NCBI GenBank assembly: GCA_902570915.1
Contig: CACGAB010000001.1
Location: 60,048 to 124,047, forward strand
Source: an uncultured Pelagibacteraceae bacterium
GTDB lineage: Bacteria; Pseudomonadota; Alphaproteobacteria; Pelagibacterales; Pelagibacteraceae
Direction of reading: 5' to 3'
DNA length: 64,000 nt
The position numbers and the translations under genes were made by a program. Position 1 is the first letter of the stretch. The number at the start of each line of letters is the position of its first letter. Below are positions 59,133-64,000 of the stretch, one piece after another. Below the pieces are notes generated by a model. It was not told the DNA's origin. It did not search any database and saw only the letters and a program-made list of their open reading frames with translations.

Positions 59133-62100
59133 ATGCAAATATCTTTTACAGAAAAAAAGAATATTAGAAAAAGTTTTGGTAAATTAAAGGAAAGTTTATC
59201 AATACCAAACTTAATAGAAGTTCAAAAAAATTCTTATAATGAACTAACACATTTTAATTCAGAAGCCGGAGATTTGACCAAAGGATTTGATAGAGTTTTT
59301 AAAAGCATTTTTCCGATTGAAGATTTAAATGATAAAGCGACTTTAGAATATGTTTCTTACAGATTAGAGAAACCCAAATTTGATGTTGAAGAATGTATAA
59401 CTAGAGGCTTAACATATTCATCTGCATTAAAATGTACTTTAAGATTGGTTGTTTACGACATAGATCAAGAAAATAATACAAAAGATATTTTATCTGCCAA
59501 AGAGCAAGAAGTATATATGGGTGAAGTTCCAATGATGACTAACAGTGGAACATTCATAACTAATGGAGTTCAAAGAGTTGTTGTTAACCAAATGCATAGA
59601 AGTCCAGGTGTATTTTTCGATCACGATAAGGGAAAAACTCATGCAAGTGGAAAACTTTTATTTAATTGTAGAGTTATACCAAATAGAGGTTCATGGCTGG
59701 ATTTTGAATATGATGTTAAAGATTTTTTATATTTTAAAATAGATAGAAAAAAGAAAATTCTAGCCTCTACTTTATTACTAGCACTTGGATTTACAAAATC
59801 AGAAATTGCAAATGAGTTTTATCAAAAAGAAAAATTTTCTTATGATACAAAATCAGAAAAATGGAAAACAAGATTTGATCCAGAAAATTATAAATCCAAA
59901 AATTTCTCAGAGGAAGTTATTGATGCAAAATCTGGTAAGGTAGTAATTAAACTTGGAGATAAAATTAATTTTCTTAATGCAAAAAAACTATTTGATGAAG
60001 GTCTGAAAGATATTTTTGTATCAAAAGATTCACTATACGGAAAGTTCTTACATAATGATATAAAATTTGGCACAGAAGAAAATGATATTTTTAAAATCGG
60101 AACTGAAATAAATGAAACTATTTTAGAGAAAATTTTAGAAGCAAAAATCTATTCAATAGACATATCAAAAACTAATTCAATAAATAAAGGCCCATATTTA
60201 CTTAACACGATACTTAACGATAAAAATAATACTAAAGATGATGCCATAACCGAAATTTATAAAATGTTAAGACCTGGTGAGCCTCCGACAATTGAAATAG
60301 CTACTCAGATTTTTAATAACCTTTTTTTTAGTTCAGACAGATATGACCTTTCTGATGTTGGAAGGGTAAAAATGAATTCAAGATTAGATTTGGAATGTTC
60401 AGATAAAATAACAATTTTAAGAAATGATGACATAGTTGCAATAATTCATAAAATGTTAGATTTAAGAGATGGTAAAGATGAAGTTGATGATATTGATCAT
60501 TTGGGAAATAGAAGAGTTAGATCTGTTGGTGAATTAGTTGAAAACCAAGCTAGAATTGGTGTTTATAGAATGGAAAGAGCAATAAAAGAAAAAATGACAA
60601 CATTAGATGTTGAGTCAGCAATGCCTCAGGACTTAATTAATGCAAAACCTCTAACAGTGTCTCTAAAAGATTTTTTTGCAAGTTCTCAACTTTCTCAATT
60701 TATGGATCAAACAAATCCTCTTTCAGAAATAACACATAAAAGAAGAGTTTCAGCTTTAGGTCCGGGTGGCTTGACTAGAGAGCGTGCAGGTTTTGAGGTA
60801 AGAGATGTTCATCCAACTCATTATGGAAGAATATGCCCAATAGAGACACCTGAGGGGCCGAACATTGGTTTAATTAATAGTTTATCAACTTATGCAAAAA
60901 TAAACAAATATGGTTTTATTGAGAGTCCATACAAAAGAGTTAAAAGTGGAGTTGTGCAGGATAACGTAGAGTATCTATCTGCTATGGAGGAAACAAAATT
61001 TACAATTGCACAAGCTAATACGAAAATTGACAAAAACGGTAAAATTATTGAGGAATTAGTTTCTTGTAGGCAAAATTTGAATTTTTTGTTAGCGAAGCCA
61101 GACACAATAGATTACATTGATGTCTCTCCCAAACAACTAGTCTCTGTAGCCGCATCTTTAATACCTTTTTTAGAAAATGATGATGCTAATAGAGCTCTAA
61201 TGGGTTCTAATATGATGAGACAAGCAGTTCCCCTATTGAAACCCGAGGCACCTTTAGTAGGCACAGGAATTGAGAGTGATGTTGCACTTGATTCTGGTGT
61301 AACTATAGTTGCCAAGAGAAATGGGATTGTTGATAAAATAGACGGTAAAAGAATTGTTATAAAAGTTACAGAGGAAACAGATTTTTCAAAATCAGGTGTT
61401 GATATATATAATTTACAAAAGTTTAAGAGATCAAATCAAAATACTTGTATAAACCAAAGACCATTGGTCAGAGTGGGTGATAGAGTTAAGATAGGTGATA
61501 TTATTGCTGATGGACCGTCAACAAAGTTAGGTGAATTAGCTTTAGGAAAAAATGTTACTGTAGCTTTTATGCCATGGCAAGGCTACAATTTTGAGGATTC
61601 AATTTTAATTTCCGAAAGATGTGTAACTGATGATGTTTTTACATCTGTTCACATTGTTGAATATGAAATTATGGCCAGAGACACAAAGCTTGGTGAGGAA
61701 GAAATTACCAGAGATATTCCGAATGTTAATGAAGAAGCCTTAAAAAATTTGGATGAGTCAGGAATAGTTTATATTGGAGCAGAAGTAAATGCAGGAGATA
61801 TATTGGTTGGCAAAGTAACTCCTAAAGGAGATTCTGCATCTGGACCAGAAGAGAAATTATTAAGATCTATTTTTGGCGAAAAAGCGATTGATGTGACAGA
61901 TACGTCATTAAGAATGTCGAGGGGAAGTAGTGGAACAGTCGTAGATGTAAGAGTGTTTAATAGACATGGAATTGAAAAAGATGAAAGGTCGATAACTATT
62001 GAACGTGCAGAAATAGACCAAGTCCAACAAGATAAAATTGTTGAGGAAGAAATTTTAGAAAGAAGCATTAAACAAAGAGCCTCACAAATTTTATCTGACT

Positions 62101-63221
62101 CAACTTTGGCCAAAAAAATTAAAGATGTTGAAGCTGGGACTAAATTAAACTTTGAAACTATTAATAAATTTTCAATTAATGATGTTTTTAAAATTTCTTC
62201 AAGTGACACAAAAGGTGAGGAAGCACTTGTTCAATTAAAAGATCAGTATACCAAGGCCAAACAGGATATAATCGATAGATTTGAGGATAAAGTTTTAAAA
62301 ATTAGAAGCGGTGATGACTTACTACCAAGTGTAATGAAAATGGTAAAAGTTTTTGTTGCTATTAAAAGAAGATTAAGACCAGGTGATAAGATGTCAGGTA
62401 GGCACGGAAACAAAGGGGTTGTTAGTAAGATTGTGCCCGTAGAGGACATGCCTTACAGAGAAGACGGCAGACCAGTTGACATTGTTCTGAACCCTCTTGG
62501 TGTTCCAAGTAGAATGAATGTTGGTCAAATTTTAGAAACTCATTTAGGTTGGGCTTGTAAGGAATTTGGTGAAGAAGTTAAAAGATTAGTTAACGAGAAT
62601 AATAAGAGAATTGAGAAAACAGATAAAATTTCAAATTTTTTAAAGACGGTTTATGGTGAAGAAATTTTTCAGAATAAAGTTGATAAGCTAAGTAAAACCG
62701 AATTTAGAGATTTGTGTGAAAACTTACAGAATGGTGTAGCTATATCAACACCAGTTTTTGATGGTGCCAAAGAAAAAAATGTAACTGAGATGCTTGAATT
62801 AGCAAAATTGCCCGGCTCAGGACAAACATATTTATGGGATGGTAGAACAGGAGAAAAGTTTGATAGACCAGTAACTGTAGGAATCATTTATATGTTAAAA
62901 CTTCATCATTTGGTTGAAGATAAAATTCATGCAAGATCAACAGGACCTTATAGTTTGGTAACTCAACAGCCACTAGGTGGAAAAGCTCAACTTGGTGGAC
63001 AAAGATTTGGTGAAATGGAGGTGTGGGCTTTAGAAGCTTATGGCGCATCCTATACACTTCAAGAGATTTTGACAGTAAAATCTGATGATGTGGCTGGACG
63101 TGTAAAAGTTTATGAAACAATAGTTAAGGGAGAGGAAAACTTTGAGTCTGGAATACCAGAGTCATTTAATGTTTTGGTGAAAGAAATTAAATCTTTAGCA
63201 CTGAATGTGGAATTAAATTAG
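59133..63221 (+). CDS. rpoB: RNA polymerase beta subunit
   Basis: [39 protein letters not shown]. Confidence 0.99.
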   Translation: MQISFTEKKNIRKSFGKLKESLSIPNLIEVQKNSYNELTHFNSEAGDLTKGFDRVFKSIFPIEDLNDKATLEYVSYRLEKPKFDVEECITRGLTYSSALKCTLRLVVYDIDQENNTKDILSAKEQEVYMGEVPMMTNSGTFITNGVQRVVVNQMHRSPGVFFDHDKGKTHASGKLLFNCRVIPNRGSWLDFEYDVKDFLYFKIDRKKKILASTLLLALGFTKSEIANEFYQKEKFSYDTKSEKWKTRFDPENYKSKNFSEEVIDAKSGKVVIKLGDKINFLNAKKLFDEGLKDIFVSKDSLYGKFLHNDIKFGTEENDIFKIGTEINETILEKILEAKIYSIDISKTNSINKGPYLLNTILNDKNNTKDDAITEIYKMLRPGEPPTIEIATQIFNNLFFSSDRYDLSDVGRVKMNSRLDLECSDKITILRNDDIVAIIHKMLDLRDGKDEVDDIDHLGNRRVRSVGELVENQARIGVYRMERAIKEKMTTLDVESAMPQDLINAKPLTVSLKDFFASSQLSQFMDQTNPLSEITHKRRVSALGPGGLTRERAGFEVRDVHPTHYGRICPIETPEGPNIGLINSLSTYAKINKYGFIESPYKRVKSGVVQDNVEYLSAMEETKFTIAQANTKIDKNGKIIEELVSCRQNLNFLLAKPDTIDYIDVSPKQLVSVAASLIPFLENDDANRALMGSNMMRQAVPLLKPEAPLVGTGIESDVALDSGVTIVAKRNGIVDKIDGKRIVIKVTEETDFSKSGVDIYNLQKFKRSNQNTCINQRPLVRVGDRVKIGDIIADGPSTKLGELALGKNVTVAFMPWQGYNFEDSILISERCVTDDVFTSVHIVEYEIMARDTKLGEEEITRDIPNVNEEALKNLDESGIVYIGAEVNAGDILVGKVTPKGDSASGPEEKLLRSIFGEKAIDVTDTSLRMSRGSSGTVVDVRVFNRHGIEKDERSITIERAEIDQVQQDKIVEEEILERSIKQRASQILSDSTLAKKIKDVEAGTKLNFETINKFSINDVFKISSSDTKGEEALVQLKDQYTKAKQDIIDRFEDKVLKIRSGDDLLPSVMKMVKVFVAIKRRLRPGDKMSGRHGNKGVVSKIVPVEDMPYREDGRPVDIVLNPLGVPSRMNVGQILETHLGWACKEFGEEVKRLVNENNKRIEKTDKISNFLKTVYGEEIFQNKVDKLSKTEFRDLCENLQNGVAISTPVFDGAKEKNVTEMLELAKLPGSGQTYLWDGRTGEKFDRPVTVGIIYMLKLHHLVEDKIHARSTGPYSLVTQQPLGGKAQLGGQRFGEMEVWALEAYGASYTLQEILTVKSDDVAGRVKVYETIVKGEENFESGIPESFNVLVKEIKSLALNVELN

Positions 63222-63227
63222 TAACTT

Positions 63228-64000
63228 ATGAAAAAAGAACTTACAGATTTATTTAAAAACTCTGAGATTTCAGAATCACAAAATTTTAATAGTATTAAGA
63301 TTTCATTAGCTAGTCCAGAAAAGATTAAATCATGGACATATGGAGAAATAAAAAAACCTGAAACAATAAATTATAGAACCTTTCGACCTGAGAAAGACGG
63401 TCTTTTTTGTGCGAGAATTTTTGGTCCAATTAAAGATTATGAATGTTTATGTGGAAAATACAAACGAATGAAATTCAGAGGGATTATTTGTGAAAAGTGT
63501 GGAGTTGAGGTTACAAAATCAAACGTTAGAAGAGAAAGAATGGGTCATATCAATCTTGCTACTCCAGTGGCTCATATTTGGTTCCTAAAATCTCTACCCA
63601 GCAGAATTGCTTTAGCAGTTGATATGAAGCTTAAAGAGATAGAGCGAGTATTGTACTTCGAAAATTTTATTGTCATAGAACCAGGTTTAACTGGTTTGCA
63701 AAAAAATCAACTCCTTAATGAAGAAGAACTAGCAAAATATCAAGATGAATATGGCGAAGAAGCATTTACAGCAGGGATAGGAGCGGAAGCAGTGCTTGAA
63801 ATGCTAAAGAATTTAGATTTAGAAACTGAGAGAAAAAGTTTATCGTCATATATAAAAGAGACCAAATCAAAGGTTAATGAAGAGAGAGCAATTAAAAGAT
63901 TAAAATTAATAGAATCTTTTATCGAAACAGGTCAAAAGCCTGAATGGATGATCATGACAGTTGTCCCTGTAATACCACCAGAATTAAGACCATTAGTTCC
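63228..64000 (+). CDS. rpoC: RNA polymerase beta' subunit, N-terminal part (runs off the window)
   Basis: Manual translation [11 protein letters not shown]...[47 protein letters not shown]. Confidence 0.97.
   Translation, partial: MKKELTDLFKNSEISESQNFNSIKISLASPEKIKSWTYGEIKKPETINYRTFRPEKDGLFCARIFGPIKDYECLCGKYKRMKFRGIICEKCGVEVTKSNVRRERMGHINLATPVAHIWFLKSLPSRIALAVDMKLKEIERVLYFENFIVIEPGLTGLQKNQLLNEEELAKYQDEYGEEAFTAGIGAEAVLEMLKNLDLETERKSLSSYIKETKSKVNEERAIKRLKLIESFIETGQKPEWMIMTVVPVIPPELRPLV

Noticed and set aside
309-63120. Numerous 60-160 aa ORFs overlapping established genes (for example 309-659, 1352-1645, 26547-26882, 57620-58096, 61769-62209)
   Set aside because: Antisense or alternate-frame shadows of well-supported genes, with no motifs

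Overview
AT-rich, very gene-dense chromosomal segment whose gene content, tiny intergenic gaps and protein sequences point to a streamlined marine alphaproteobacterium (Pelagibacterales/SAR11-like; inferred, not database-checked). Core blocks: dusA end, pmm/pgm, nrdAB, prpDBC, half-GlmU-glmS, class II DAHP synthase-nadE-cysS-cimA-trmJ-rpsD, purLQSCB-map, then rlmB, tRNAs Tyr/Gly/Trp, tuf, secE-nusG-rplKAJL-rpoB-rpoC (partial). Accessory blocks: (i) 13.7-15.3 kb, a 2OG-Fe(II) oxygenase plus a sulfotransferase; (ii) about 30.8-43.3 kb ending at tRNA-Leu, with a gamma-glutamylcyclotransferase, a circularly permuted ATP-grasp ligase, an Anbu protease, a glucosylglycerate synthesis/turnover operon, a long-form DDGS/MysA-like sedoheptulose-7-phosphate cyclase tightly linked to a DxD glycosyltransferase-like gene (no mysB/mysC), and a propeller-repeat autotransporter; (iii) 45.0-53.7 kb, a surface-glycan modification island at the 3' end of tRNA-Thr that contains a diverged internal duplication. 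The best candidate for an undescribed system is the sugar-phosphate cyclase plus glycosyltransferase pair. No CRISPR array, integrase or transposase was seen.
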